From the NCBI GenBank assembly GCA_051294375.1, contig CM119265.1, positions 20,491,160 through 20,555,128 of the forward strand: a stretch of DNA of 63,969 nucleotides, in the 5' to 3' direction. The stretch's first letter is position 1. The number at the start of each line of letters is the position of its first letter. Position numbers and translations under genes: made by a program. The DNA is from Paraspadella gotoi. Its lineage: Eukaryota; Animalia; Chaetognatha. Of the stretch, positions 27,175 to 41,015 are shown piece by piece. The notes under the pieces were generated by a model. The model was not told where the DNA came from. It made no database searches and worked only from the letters and a program-made list of their open reading frames with translations.

Positions 27175-28405
27175 GAGATAGAACGTGAAAATGTGACACT
27201 CGTCCCTCGGGGCAGCCGGCCCGGGTGAAACAATTAAAAATGAAAGATAATAAAGATAAGGAGGGGGAAGAGGAAGAGTTGTTCTTTAAAAAAAAAGTGG
27301 ATGAGCATAAAGAAGAGTGAGAACTTCACTTTTATTCACTTTTATTCACTTTTTTTTTACGCTGACATTCAAAGCCACATCTTTTCTCGTTTTTCTTTGA
27401 CCTGCGAAATTTATAATCTGCGAAACAGAAAAATCCTTTTTGGGTGAATCTTTTAATCTTGGCTTTAAAATCTATTCCCTAGAATCTATTACTTATAATT
27501 AATCATTAATAATTATTCTAAAACGCTCCCTATTTGAAATTATATTTTTTGTCATAATTTGTTTTAATGACACCTTATGTGGTTGGTAGTGGCTACATAA
27601 CGATTTTCTATAAATAAAAACACCAGAATATTTGTAACAATAAAATTTATCGAAAATAAACTAGAACTGGTTTGCCAAAGATTGCATTCTCGTATTTATG
27701 CAATGAGCTGAGAATGAATTAAACGAAAAATTATTAAACTATATTAAAGCCATAAAAAACACGAAATTCTTCTTGAAGACGTCAAATTTTGAGCTGAACA
27801 ATTGTGAACTTGACTTTTTCTGTCACTGAGATCAATTCTTATCTCATTCAAGTTGAATTTTTTATTCGAAACTTTTTTTTCCGTTCTTCGATCCTCTCCA
27901 GAACCGAACAGCTCAGTTATATATTCACAAAACAACGAGATTTATTATCGAATTTTATAAATATTAATAATGTGATACGTTCTCGTCAATAGACTGAAAA
28001 CTGAAGAATAAATCGAAAAATAAACTTTAAAAATATTTACTAGTACGTAGATTGCGGCTTACATAGTAAAACTAATAATATTACGATTTTCATAACTTGG
28101 TATTGGTAATAATACAATTACTTTGGTTGTTTAACAATTCCAAACACGATTTCTTCCTCAGGTCGGCACTGAATGTTATTCGGCTCATCTTCGTTTTTCA
28201 CGTCCTGATTTTGCATCAATTAAGACAAATTAAAAAAAAAACACAAACAAAAGTGAATCGATTTAACCTCCGCGGCAAACACGAGTAAAAAAAAAAAACA
28301 AACGAGGAAAAGAGAGAACTAAAAACCAAATCCCTTAAAAGAGGGACGAGAAACTCATTTCGTAATATCCTTTTCTTTCACTTGATTTTCTTTTTCTTTT
28401 TTTTT
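26631..28405 (+). repeat. Block X, copy 1 (copy 2 at 41041-42904)
   Basis: Colinear near-identity from tttccttcggttccacg to cacttgattttctttt. Copy 2 starts right after a 25-N gap and carries extra 1-bp insertions. Confidence 0.9.
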
Positions 28406-29763
28406 CTAGCGTTTTACGGGTCCCATCGCTTGTACACCCACCCAATACCCCCCTTTCCCCTACGGGCCCCGTGGGCCGCCCGGATTTTTCTGGCACGATT
28501 TGGTCCCCAGGGTAGAAAAGGCGAAGCGAATGAAACGTCATTTCCGATCTGGGGGGATTCTTTTGGGGGGGGGCGGACCTAGGGGGGGGAAACCAATTCA
28601 GGGACGACGGGCTTTTGATTTCGGGGTTAGAAGCGCAAAGAAACGAAATTGAAGCGTTCGAGTGGCTTAGGTTTTGTTATTTTCATCTACTTCGTTCATG
28701 CATAGTGCACAAAGGCGAAGCTAGATTATTTTGATAACGCATTTTCTTTTTCCCGTGGAATTGAATTGGCGATATAGAAATAATAATGGCAATAATAATA
28801 TTGAGATATTGTCGATGAATAATAGATGATGGATTTTTTCATAAAAGAACGCGTTCTCCTGTTATGTATTTTCAAGATTATCCAGCATTTTACGATTAAG
28901 AACGAATACTTTTTATGATTTTTTTAAAAGCTGTTATTGTGACACGCCATTGACATTTTTCCCCGACTTGGACACAAATCGTTTTTTGGATCGTGACTCT
29001 TTCTCTGCATCAATTTAATTCCATTTAATCGCTTCTCGAATAAAATTTAAACTTTATCTCTTGCGGATATTAAAGTGACAACTTTTTTTTACAAACTTCA
29101 CTTTTTTCGCCCAAGGTCTATGTGTTTTATTTAAAACTTTTCATTTCCGATATTTAAGCCCTCGTAGTAATAAAGGATAAAGGATAGTTCCCTCGAAAGT
29201 GATATGCCCTAATCCCTAATAATATTTTCCAGCCCACTTTTTCCACCACCCTACTACATCCACGACATCGTCCGAATCATCTCTCCCCCCCCGTCCCCCT
29301 CTCGTAATATCCCACCCCATTACATTTTCCCATAATCACACTCTCTCTCTTCTCTCTCTCCCCCTTAAGGCTGCCGAGGTTTTGTTTACGTTTTCCGTTT
29401 ACCTCAAACATTCGTGAAGTATTTTGTTGCTTCGCCTTCCGTCGAACCAATGGAGTTTTTTTTTTTTTTTTTTTTTTTTTTGTCGCATCGGTCTATTCGC
29501 AGGCGCCGATGCGGTCTTCTGCGGCGGCCGATGCGTCTTTAGGCGGCGCCCAAGTAATGACGCCCGAGACGACGGGGCGACGAAAATCGGTCGCCTTCAA
29601 AACTTTTTGGCGTCGTCGTCGTCGTCGTCGTCGTCGTCGGCGTCGCGTCCGTCGATGGGCAGAAAATGGAAAGAAGGAAGACGCTTTTTCCCTCTCTCTC
29701 TCACTTTTGGCTCCCACTCTCTCTTTTTCCGTCTCTATCTCGGTCTTTCTCTCGTTCTTTCCG

Positions 29764-29833
<70 letters not shown>

Positions 29834-30120
29834 TGGTTCGCCAGCCAACCAAGTTCCGCTTCTCGCGTGACGTCGGAAGGAAAAATTGCAAATCAGGCGG
29901 AAGGCCTCGCCGTCTTTCTTTGTTTTTCCTTCGATTCGCCGACGATGTGAACGACGGGTGTGAACGTCTTCCTGAGCGTCGTTGTGAACGTCGTCGTGAA
30001 CGTTGTTGTGAACGCAGGTTCCTGGGCCAAAGTTGATCTTCTTTTCTCCTTCGCGTTTGGATTCCTTCAAGATCGGAAATTCTTCACGAATTTTTTTCCC
30101 TTTTTTTCTTTCTCTCTTTT
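28406..30120 (-). repeat. Inverted partial copy of block Y (reverse complement of about 31100-32842)
   Basis: ctagcgttttacgggtccc is the reverse complement of gggacccgtaaaacgctag (45399-45417); colinear through the GTGAACG repeats to 30120. Confidence 0.9.
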
Positions 30121-30910
30121 TTTTTGTTTCCCTTTACGAAAGAAATTCGGCCTTAATTTTCTGCGATTGAGTCTGCTTACCGTTGCTAGGAAGACGATAG
30201 AATCACCTCTTCAGCAATCAGAGGAAAAAAGAGAGACGAAAGACTGACTGACTCCCGAAACAGAANNNNNNNNNNNNNNNNNNNNNNNNNGTTTCCTTTA
30301 CGAAAAATCGCCTTAATTTTTTCTGCCGCTCTGAGTCTGCTTCCGTTTAGGAAGGACGATTAGAATCACCTTCAGAATCAGAGGAAAAAGGAGAGAAAGA
30401 CTGACTGACTCCGAAACAGAGAAGATAAAAAAAAGATCGATAAAGATCTTCCCCTTCAATTCGGTCTTACAACAGTTTTTCTCTTTTGAAACAAAGAGGA
30501 AGAAATCAGTTGCTCGAAACGAAAAAAGTCGCGACTCGGAAAATCCCACACTATATATATATATTACCGAAAGTAATTTTCCAGTTAAATTCGTTCGATT
30601 TATCGGAGAATCCTGCTCCCCTTAAGAAAAAATAAAGGCGGACGACGCAAGAATCCCAATTTTCCGACCGACTAAAGAATTTTTACGACGACGAAAACGC
30701 ACGACGACGACGACCGGACTTCCATAACCCGCCTCAAAGACTTTTACCCTCCACCCTCCACCCCTCACCTCTTCCACTCCCGCCATTATCGGCGTCCCAA
30801 CAAAAAACCAGGGCGGGTTTTTCATAGTCTCCTCGCCCCCCCAATCCTTCGCGTCACCCGGCCCCTTTCCTGCCGTCTCATCGGCCGCTTCCGGCGCTGC
30901 CGCCTCGCTC

Positions 30911-30919
30911 TATATAAAG
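30911..30919 (+). promoter_or_regulatory. TATA box TATATAAAG (also at 40165, 43527 and 46852)
   Basis: Canonical TATA downstream of a GC-rich stretch containing CTTCCGG (ETS-like), with CCATCAC about 25 nt further on, then about 0.9 kb with no + strand ATG. Confidence 0.6.
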
Positions 30920-31444
30920 TCGTTACCTTGAGTACCATCACAACAAATCGTCATCATTCAACAATCATCAACTTTGGGACGCGGAAGGAGATAGAGAGAA
31001 GATAGACAGAAGAGACGATTCTCCCCCTCTCACTCTCTTTTTTTATTTTCTCCTAGCCGATACAGTAAATACAGGAAACCCATTTCCCAAGAAGCGCAGA
31101 GAAAAGAGAGAAAGAAAAAAAGGGGAAAAAAAATTCGTGAAGAATTTCGATCGATCTGAAGGAATCCAAACGCGAGGAGAAAAGAAGATCAACTTTGGCC
31201 CAGGAACCTGCGTTCACAACAACGTTCACGACGAACGTTCACAACGACGCTCAGGAAGACGTTCACACCCGTCGTTCACATCGTCGGCGAATCGAAGGAA
31301 AAACCAAAGAAAGAGCGCGAGGCCTCGCCTGATTTGCAATTTTTCTTCCGACGTCACGCGAGAAGCGGAACTTGGTTGGCGCCGACCAGATAGGAAGAGA
31401 GAGAGAGAGAAGGAGAGAGAAAGGAGAGAGAGAAAGAGCAAGAG

Positions 31445-31480
<36 letters not shown>

Positions 31481-31597
31481 CGGAAAGAACGAGAGAAAGA
31501 CCTGAGATAGAGACGGAGAAAAGAGAGAGTGGGAGCCAAAGTGAGAGAGAGAGGGAAAAAGCGTCTTCCTTCTTTCCATTTTCTGCCCATCGCGACG

Positions 31598-31633
<36 letters not shown>

Positions 31634-31691
31634 CCAAAGTTTTGAAGGCGCCGAATTTTCGTCGCTCCCGTCGTCTCGGCGTCATTACTTG

Positions 31692-31749
31692 GGCGCCGCC
31701 TAAAGACGCATCGGCGCCGCAGAAGACCGCATCGGCGCCGCGAATAGAC
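31692..31749. promoter_or_regulatory. Alternating GGCGCC/AGAC array, candidate BMP-Smad response element (copies at 29491-29550, 40943-41000, 44298-44355, 47645-47702)
   Basis: GGCGCC-6-AGAC-5-GGCGCC-5-AGAC-6-GGCGCC-6-AGAC. The minus strand contains GGCGCC-GATGC-GTCT, matching GRCGNC(N5)GTCT. Confidence 0.4.
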
Positions 31750-31754
31750 CGAGC

Positions 31755-31792
<38 letters not shown>

Positions 31793-31835
31793 CATTGGCC
31801 GACGGAAGGCGAAGCAAACAAAAATACTTCCACGA

Positions 31836-31844
31836 ATGTTTGAG
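31836..31844 (+). CDS. Coding tip (Met-Phe-Glu) of candidate upstream first exon; copies at 44423-44431, 47789-47798 (1-bp insertion) and 29403-29411 (-)
   Basis: First ATG after the TATA box in copy 1, followed by TTT GAG|GTAAAC, a phase-0 donor compatible with the phase-0 acceptor at 55877. Confidence 0.45.
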
Positions 31845-33607
31845 GTAAACGGAAAACGTAAACAAAACCTCTGCAGCTTAAGGGGGAGAGAGAGAGAGCA
31901 GAGAGAGTGTGATTATGGGAAAATGTAATGGGGTGGGATATTACGAGAGGGCGGACGAGGGGGGGGAGATGATTCGGAGGATGTCGTGGATGTAGTAGGG
32001 TGGTGGAAAGTGGGCTGGAAAAATTATTATTAGGGATTAGGGCATATCACTTTCAGGGAAACTATCCTTTATCCTTTATTACTACAGGGCTAAATATCGG
32101 AAATGAAAAGTTTTAAATAAAACACATAGACCTTGGGCGAAAAAAGTGAAGTTTGGTAAAAAAAAGTTGTCACTTTAATATCCGCAAGAGATAAAGTTTA
32201 AATTTTATTCGAGAAGCGATTAAATGGAATTAAAATTGATGCAGAGAAAGAGTCACGATCCAAAAAACGATTTGTGTCCAAGTCGGGGAAAAATGTCAAT
32301 GGGCGTGTCACAAAACAGCTTTTAAAAAAATATAAAGTATTCGTTCTTAATCGTAAAATGCTGGATAATCTTGAAAATACATAACATGAGAACGCGTTCT
32401 TTTATGAAAAAATCCTCATCTATTATTCATCGACAATATCTAAATATTATTATTGCATTATTATTTCTATATCGCCAATTCAATTCCACGGGAAAAAGAA
32501 ATGCGTTATCAAAATAATCTAGGCTTCGCCTTTGTGCACTATGCATGAACGAGTAGATGAAAATAACAAAACCTAAAGCCACTCGAACGTTCAATTTCGT
32601 TTCTTTGCGCTTCTAACCCCGAAAATCAAAAGCCCGTCGTCCCTGAATTGGTTTCCCCCCCCTAGGTCCGCCCCCCCCCAAAGAATCCCCCCAGATCGGA
32701 AATGACGTTTCATTCGCTTCGCCTTTTCTACCCTGGGGACCAAATCGTGCCAGAAAAATCCGGGCGGCCCACGGGGGCCCGTTAGGAAAGGGGGGTATTG
32801 GGTGGGTTGGTACAAGCGATGGGACCCGTAAACGCGCTTAGAGTCATAAATAAATATATCGGAGCTTCCTATCCACGAGTGAGATCTCAAGACCTCGACG
32901 CGCTGTTATTACGTATTGCGCCCTTTCTGATATTTATAAATCAGGTGGCGATTAAGTTTTTTTTTTCGGTTTTAAAATATATATTGTTTAGTATTGTTAC
33001 AGTTGGGCGGGGTTTACGTTAATGATTTTTGTTGTTGGTTGTAAATTAGACCTCTGTTTATAAAACTTTTATTAACCTTTTTTTAAAACCTGCCCACGTT
33101 GATTCTTCCCTACTAAAGTCTCAGTCAGTGACGCAAATGAAAAACGTCAAGCCCTGGTAAAACCCTTTCGTCAAATTCCTCTAGTCCTCTAAACAATAGC
33201 TCTTCATCCATCACCCTGATTTATTTTCCATTCAAACCCCTGATTTCGTTCCATTCATCTCTGCTATTCGACGTTGCCATTCCTATTTTAATGGTCTTAA
33301 TTTGTTTTCAATCCCTCCGATCTTTCGACCCTTTTTCTGTTCCTTTTTTCCTTTTTTTTTTTAATCTCGCACAAAGATTCCTTTTGATCTTTTCCTTTTT
33401 TTCCATCTTTCTTTCGTTGCTTTTCTCAAGATTTTTTCTTTCTTTTTATAGTGTGCCATTTTATTTTTTTGTAGGGGACTCTTTATCTCGTTCTCTGTCT
33501 CGCTTTTCTCTCTATTTCTGTCGCTCACTTTCTCCTTTCTCTTTGCTCTATTATTTATTTGTCTTCCTGATTTATCCGGCCACCCCCCCGAAAATTCCAT
33601 CATTTAA

Positions 33608-33644
<37 letters not shown>

Positions 33645-33750
33645 TCTCGTCTCTCTCTTCTCGCTTCTCTCTCTCTCTCTCTCTCTCTGTTCCATCGAAA
33701 GCCGTACGGCGCATCCATACCAAAAATCGATTCTCTCTCTCTCTCTCTCT

Positions 33751-33793
<43 letters not shown>

Positions 33794-35385
33794 TTCTCTC
33801 TCTCCTCGTCATTCATCATCCTCAGTATGAATGAAAGAATCCAAGTTTCAGTTTGAGTCTCGTCCTGCACGAATCCATATACATGAGGCTGCCCCTCCTC
33901 CGCCCCCCATCTTAGGGGTAAGACGAGCCGGGTGAGGCGGGTTTAGGCAGGTCCGTAGGCTGGCCGTGAGTCTGGGTGGAGGGGCACCAGTGACCTCATT
34001 CACGAGCGGAGGCGCCCGCCTCATGTCGTCGTCGTGCGTCTCGTCGTCTTTTTTGAAGGCGACGAGGAGGCCGGGCGACTTCCGAGTTAACCTTTGCATT
34101 TTAGTTCGAAAACAATGAACATCGGATGGAGGAGAGAGAGAGAAGAGAGAGAGAGGATGAGAGAGAAGAGAGAGGAGAGAAGCGAGGAGAGAGAGGAGAG
34201 AGAGAGAAGGGGATTTGAATAACGAATAATAAACATAGGTCCTGCGGTATTTCGTCTGTCCATTCTCTCTATTTTTATATCTGGTCTTTTCTTTTCTTTC
34301 TTTCTTTCTTTCTCTTTCTTTCTTTTCTTTCTTTTCTTTCTTTCTTTCTTTCTTCTTTCTTTCTTTCTTTTTTTTTCTTTCTTTTTTCTTTCTTTATTTT
34401 CGGTTTCGTTTAATTCTTTCTTTCTTTTTTCTTTCATTTCCTTGTCTCCGTTCTCTTTCATTCTTTCCGTCTCAGACGGACGACGTTGACATCTTTTTTG
34501 TTCGATATTTTTTTTTCTCTTCATCTTCTCGATTTTCTTCTTCATATAATTCACTTTTTAATCATTGTCGAAGGCGCTTCCACTCTTCCTCTTTTCTCTT
34601 TTTTAGTGTTTGCAATTTTGTTTGTTTTTTCTAGCTTTTTTATTTGGATCTTTAACGTAGTTATAATTTTCACATTCAACGTTACGTTTACATGACATTA
34701 CACAATTCCTCTTTCTCTCTTTCATTATATGTCTTTTTTTTTTCCAACTTCTTCTTTCCACCAGCGAAGAAATTATGAGCTCTTCATTTCCAATTTTTCA
34801 CAAAGTCGAAAAGAGGTTTTGCCAAAAGCATTAGAAACAAAATGTAATTTGCTTGAGTCTTTGAGTCTTAACTCTTTTTTTTTAAGCCTTTAAATGAAAG
34901 GGAAAAAAAAAAGCTGAGGCCTCGTTCCGGGTTCGAGATGCGAAGAGGTTTTGAGGGCGTCAGGGTTCGTAACTCGATTCAAGTTTATAGTGGATTAAAA
35001 ATTGGTCCGCGGCGTTTTCTTCGAATAAAAGACCAATTAATGAATTAATAGAATTGAATTTTCTCGAAAATCGCTTCTCTCTTTCCTTGAATTAAAAAAA
35101 ATTTGCGGCTTAAGGGAGACAACGTGAAAGTGAGTTTTTCCCAACGCATCCGCCTTGTCTCTTGGCCAATGTCTCACGATCTTTTAAAAATAAAAAAAAA
35201 ATTAAATTTTATATTTATATCTAAACTCAACGATTTTGACATTCCTTCTTCGACGATAAAATCTTTTCCGCGATTTTAAAAGCGGAAATCCCAATCATTG
35301 GGGCAGCGAAAAAACGGCGTCCAGGTGGCGCCGCTCACTCATTGTTGCCAAAAAAACCCGTTTCAGATTTCATATCAGAAAACTT

Positions 35386-35476
<91 letters not shown>

Positions 35477-36712
35477 CGACCGGGTTTTCAGTCAGGTGAC
35501 ACCCTCTATGGTTTATCTTTTTCTTTACTACTTTTTCTTTTTTTCCTTATTTCTTCCCTTTTTCCTAGACTTTGTCTTGGATTTTTTTTTTTCGTTTGCG
35601 CTTCAATGTTTGAGGAGTTTTCTCACTTCTAAACCGAGAAGAGAATCGTATTTTTTTCAAAAGATTTTTTACCGAGCCGAAACAAGTAAATAAATCTCAT
35701 GAATTTGGATTTAGTGTGTTTAAAAAATGACACGTAGACATCCAACGATCGATAAAACCAGACTGAACTCTTTCCTTATTAAATAAAAGTAAAATTCTTA
35801 ATACAAAACAACTTTACATTTCGTAATAATATAAACTATTTATTATTCTCAGAAACTGGAACATTTTAAACTAAATTCCTGTATTTTAGGGGGGGGAACC
35901 TGACAAAAAAAAATAGTTCTGTTGGTCTTATCGCTAAATCACTCCCCCGCGCTTTAATGAGCGTAAAAAGGCTCGCGCTTCGTTTATTCATTTACAAACT
36001 CTATTTATATGGCTTATTTTTTCCCTTACACAATACACACTCGGTGTTTTTTTTTCTATCAACATTGATTTTTATTCCCGATTTTTATCCGCGCATTCGA
36101 TTTCATCCTCACAGCCGCGACTGCCGAAACGTCAACATCGCAAAAACTCGTCTTTTCAGAAAAAAAAAAAAAAAAATTAAAACAAAGGAAACAAAGATCG
36201 AAAATTCCCGCCAGAGTTCTCTCTTTGATTGTTGACGAGAAAAAATTAAAAAAAAGCGGACTTCGCTGGACGCGGCCAACGGCGATCGTCGTTCTCGAGG
36301 ACGCAAGCAGTGAGTTGATCAGCCTACCCGTGATTGGGCCGTGATTTGGGCCGGTTGATTCATCTCACCTTCAGTCCCAAAATTTTTCGTTCGTCTCTGG
36401 AAGAAGTGAGGAAAAAAAAATTCAGAATAGGATATCCTCTTGTCCTCAAGGAAAGTTTATTTAAATAAACCATGATTCCTCTTTGTCTTTCTCTCTCTCT
36501 CTGCTTTCTCTGTCTGTCTTTGTCTCATTCATCACACACAAACCACACGAAACAAAAGGACAATGGAACGCTCTTTGTCCCCAAAAAACTAATTCTCTTG
36601 ATGACGTTCAAGTTTTCGAGGATTCGCACCGACCCTCAAGGAATCCTTACCCCCAATCGCAACACAATAGAGACAAACATTCTTCTCTCTCTCTCCTCTC
36701 TCTCTCTCTCTT

Positions 36713-36762
<50 letters not shown>

Positions 36763-37570
36763 CTTCTTCCGGCCTGACCGCGGAAAAAACCACCTTATCT
36801 CTCTCTCCCTCCTCCCGATATTTGCGTTTGTGTGATAGCTATTGCGATAATTATTCTCTCTCTCTCTCTCTTTTTGTCCCCCACCTCAGGGCCTTCCTGC
36901 GTGTTGGCGGCCCCTCGGGTTTTTCTTTTTCAAAAACCCCCAAAAGCGGGAGCGAAATTTAAATCAGCCTTTCTTAAATAAAAGAACAAAAAAAAAAAGA
37001 GTATAGAAAAACACTGAAATATTAAGGGAAAACAAAAAAAAGTTTTAAAACCGAAATATAAAAACTTCACCAAATCCAATCGACCACCTCCAGTTTAACC
37101 GACCACCTCCCAACCCCTAATTCCCTCTCCCCACCATCCCCCCATCCCAGTTCCGAAAAAAAAAACCCCAATTCTCAATCGAGGCGTCAAACTCCCCCAA
37201 CCCGGGGGGGGGGGGGGGGGGGGGGGAAAAAACCCCCCCTTCGCGATTCAAACTTCCCTCCCCCCCCGATTTTTCCCCTCCCTCTCCATCTTGTTTTCTA
37301 CCGATCCGGTCAACCCTCGTCCGCCCCGCAGTTTGTCTCCACCCTGCGGACACAAAAAATCGCCACGATTTAGAGAGAGAGCAGACAGAGGACACAGGAG
37401 ACACAAAAAGACAGCAATAGGAGAGAAAGAGGGGAAGATGAGAGAAGAGAGAGAGCAAAAGAGATAAACTCTTCTTCCTCATCTTTCCGTCATCAAAGAG
37501 GAAAAAAAATTTGTTGTTATTGGACTCTTCCTCCCTTCCTCCTCGTCCATCTCTTCTTCATCCTCCAGAG

Positions 37571-37759
37571 ATGACCGTCACAGCGGATCCGGTCTTCAGT
37601 CCAACCAGTCGCATCCCACCGTCTTCGAGTTTGTCCCTCGTCGCTCCGTTCGTTCTCGTCGTCGTCGTCGTCGTCGTTGCATCAATCGTCGTCGGCGTCG
37701 TCGTCAGGATCGTCTCTGGGAGTCTCCCTGTTTTCTTCGCACTTGTTAACTCGAAGCAG
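37571..37759 (+). other. Frameshifted duplicate of exon 53341-53526 (probably a read-error copy, not a true pseudogene)
   Basis: Same atgaccgtca... start and ..ag|gtgata end with scattered 1-bp indels; lies within block Y copy 1. Confidence 0.7.
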
Positions 37760-39689
37760 GTGATATTTTTCTTCCTTTTTTTTTTTTTTTTTTTTTTTAA
37801 TGCTACAAAATACTTTTTTTTTTTTTGCTTATCATCTCTTATCATCATTTATTTTAAACCAATTTGGCGTCTCTTCTCTTCTCGCTAATGGATTTTCCCC
37901 GTATTTTTTTTTTTATTTTTCGTAATTTTTTTTTAAATTATTGAACCGAAAAAGAAAAAAAATTTCGCGTTTTTTTTTACGATAAATTTTTTTTGTTGGT
38001 GTCACGTTGACGGATAGTAAAATTAAAGGAATGGATATATTTCTTCCATCCATCGCGAAATATCGACGCAGTTTGGAAAGGAGAGTTCTTTGTGGAACAG
38101 GCGCGATCGATTCCTCGGCATTTTCGTCTGAGCTGCAGATGAGACTGTCTTTTTTCTTTGCTGACTGACATTGTTCGATGTTCAGTTTTCAGTGTGGTGT
38201 ATAATGAAAAAAACTTTGTAATTTTTTGCGGAACAGTTACTTCTTACTTGCTAAATTGGATTAATGATCAGTTTCGGAATATTTTAAAAGGCATACGCGA
38301 TGTAATATTTACTTACGTATTCATTTAAATTTAAATTAAATTAATTAAATACTATTTAATTTCAATTTCTTAAAATAACAAAGCCGAAGTTTATTCTTCA
38401 AACGACACGGCCTTCGTTTATTTTGCCGAATGTTAACTAATTTACCGGTTTGGGCGTGCGCTCGTTTTGTCATCGCATGTCCTGCATTTAAAACTGTTTG
38501 TCTAACCTTTGCCTCTTTTGTCATGCCGCATTGTTATTCTGTTGTACAACGCACGCTGTCTTTTTTCGTTTTACGTTCATTTTATTTATATTTCTTTCTC
38601 GCCTTGGTTTGAATCTTTTAAATCGAGCCGAGAATATATTTAATTTTGAAACTTTAATTTGGATATTTGCGAATAAAAAAAAACCCGATTGAGGAATCAA
38701 TTAAAGTCGATGACAAGTTTATCTGACTCATCTTGAACTCTCTTTCTATTATGATTGAGAGAAGAGAGAGGAGAGAGATGAGACGAGAAGAGAGAGATCG
38801 ATGAAGAGAGAGAGGGAGAGAGAGATACGAGAGGAGAGAGGAGATGAGAGAGAGAGTTTGAGTCCAGATGACTCATGAGCTATTTATTTTTGTTATTTAT
38901 CAATATGAGGCTGACAAGATCTCGATATACGAAGAGCGACCATAAAGACGTCGAGAAGACGAGACGACGACGACGCACGACTGACGACGGCGAAAATCAT
39001 TGACGACGACGACTACGACGACAGAAAAATAATTACTGTGGGAGATTTTTGACCCTTGAATCTTCGTCGATCCGGATTTGAACGAGAGACAGAAAACTTG
39101 TAGCGTTTGACCAGAACCCGATTCGGGATATGAACTCCACCTGACCCGAAGTTCTGACGCGAGGATAAATTTGTTCTTAATTCAAACGAAAAACAACAAT
39201 CGAATAAGATTAAATAATTATTAATTATCTTCGCCTCTTTGTATGTTCGGAATTTTTTTAGAAAAAATATTTAAATTTTAAACCTAATTAAATATTTTTT
39301 TAACAATTTTCCTCTTTTTTTTTTTTTGCTTTTTAATTTTTAATTCATTTTTGCATTTTACCAACCCCCGCTAGTTACAATTTTAGTCGTTACATTTATC
39401 CACATATAATGATGTATATTCTTCTCAAATTAAGTCTAATTACCTTTTTTCCTTTTTTTTTTTTCTTTTATTTCCCTAATCACTTGACTGCCGCACCGAA
39501 ATCTTTTTCTTTTCACCGACTCACCGCTCTCTCATTATGTGCACCACGCTCACCACACATGCTCTCTTTCTCTCTCCCCCCCTTCCGCTCGAATCTCACC
39601 GGCGTCACTGTCTTGCACCAAAATCCCGCACCGTCACCCTTCCCCCCCCCCCCGTTCCCCCCCGACCCCAAATCTCTCTTTCCTTAAGA

Positions 39690-40846
39690 AAAAAAAAAAG
39701 ATCGATAAAAATCTCCCCTCAATTCGGTACAACAGTTTTTCTCTTTTGAAACAAAGAGGAAGAAATCAGTTGCTCGAAACGAAAAAAGTCGGACTCGAAA
39801 ATCCCACATATATATATATATTACCGAAAGTAATTTTCCAGTAAAATTCGTCGATTATCGGAGAATCCCTGCTCCCCTTAAGAAAAAAAAGGCGACGACG
39901 AAGAATCCAATTTTCCGACCGACAAAAGAATTTTTACGACGACGAAAACGACGACGACGACGACGACTCCATAACCCGCCTCAAAGACTTTTTACCCTCC
40001 ACACCTCCACCCCTCCACCCTCTTCCCACCCCGCGCCATTATCGGCGTCCCAACAAAACCAGGGCGGAGTTTTTCATAGTCTCCTTCGCCCCCCAAACCT
40101 CGCGTCACCCGGCCCCCTTTCCTGCCGTCTCATCGGCCCCGCTTCCGGCGCTGCGCCTCGCGTCTATATAAAGTCGTTACCTTGAGTTACCATCACAACA
40201 AATCGTCATCATCAACATCATCAACTCTTGGGACGGAAGGAGATAGAGAGAGATAGAGAGAGAGACGATCTCCCCCTCTCACTCTCTTTTTTTTTATTTC
40301 TCCTAGCGATACAGTAAACAGGAAACCCATTTCCCAAGAAGCGCGAGGAAAAGAGAGAAAAGAAAAAAAGGGAAAAAAATTCGTGAAGAATTTCCGATCT
40401 GATCTTTTCACCGAAGGAATCCAACGCGAGGAGAAAAGAAGATCAACTTTGGCCCAGGAACCTGCGTTCACAACAACGTTCACGACGACGTTCACAACGA
40501 CGCTCAGGAAGACGTTCACACCCGTCGTTCACATCGTCGGCGAATCGAAGGAAAAACCAAAGAAGACGCGAGGCCTCGCCTGATTTGCAATTTTTCTTTC
40601 CGACGTCACGCGAGAAGCGGAACTTGGTTGGCGCCGACCAGATAGAGAGAGGAGAGAGAATGAGCAGAGAGAGAGATGAGAGAGAGAGGGAGAGAGAGAG
40701 AGAGAGAGGGAGAGAGAGAGACGAGGAGAGAGAGAAGAGCGGAAAGAACGAGAGAAAGACCGACGATAGCAGACGGAAAAAGAGAGAGTGGGAGCCAAAG
40801 TGAGAGAGAGAGGGAAAAAGCGTCTTCCTTCTTCCATTTTCTGCCC

Positions 40847-40887
<41 letters not shown>

Positions 40888-41015
40888 CAAAGTTTTGAAG
40901 GCGCCGATTTTCGTCGTCCCGTCGTCTCGGCGTCATTACTTGGGCGCCGCCTAAAGACGCATCGGCGCCGCAGAAGACCGCATCGGCGCCGCGAATAGAC
41001 CGATCGGCAAAAAAA
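39690..41015 (+). repeat. Block Y partial copy 2 (about 30425-31765)
   Basis: Sequence jumps back to aaagatcgataaa..tcccctcaattcgg and ends at the 25-N gap 41016-41040. Confidence 0.9.
40465..40537. repeat. 12-bp minisatellite CGTTCAC(A/G)AC(A/G)A, six units (present in all five copies of this segment)
   Basis: cgttcacaacaa cgttcacgacga cgttcacaacga cgctcaggaaga cgttcacacccgt cgttcacatcgt. Confidence 0.8.

Larger units (their letters stand above)
30291..39670 (+). repeat. Block Y, copy 1 (about 9.4 kb)
   Basis: Matches 42905-46545 and 46571-55310 colinearly. Begins after the 25-N gap at 30266-30290, which is preceded by a noisy copy of its own first ~130 bp (30126-30265). Confidence 0.9.

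Noticed and set aside
28499-28508. TTTGGTCCCC matches the 5' end of miR-133
   Set aside because: The match stops after 10 nt and no precursor hairpin is evident.
29945-30015. Regularly spaced GTGAACG repeats as a CRISPR-like array
   Set aside because: 12-bp period with ~5-bp variable parts, eukaryotic context and no cas genes; it is a minisatellite.
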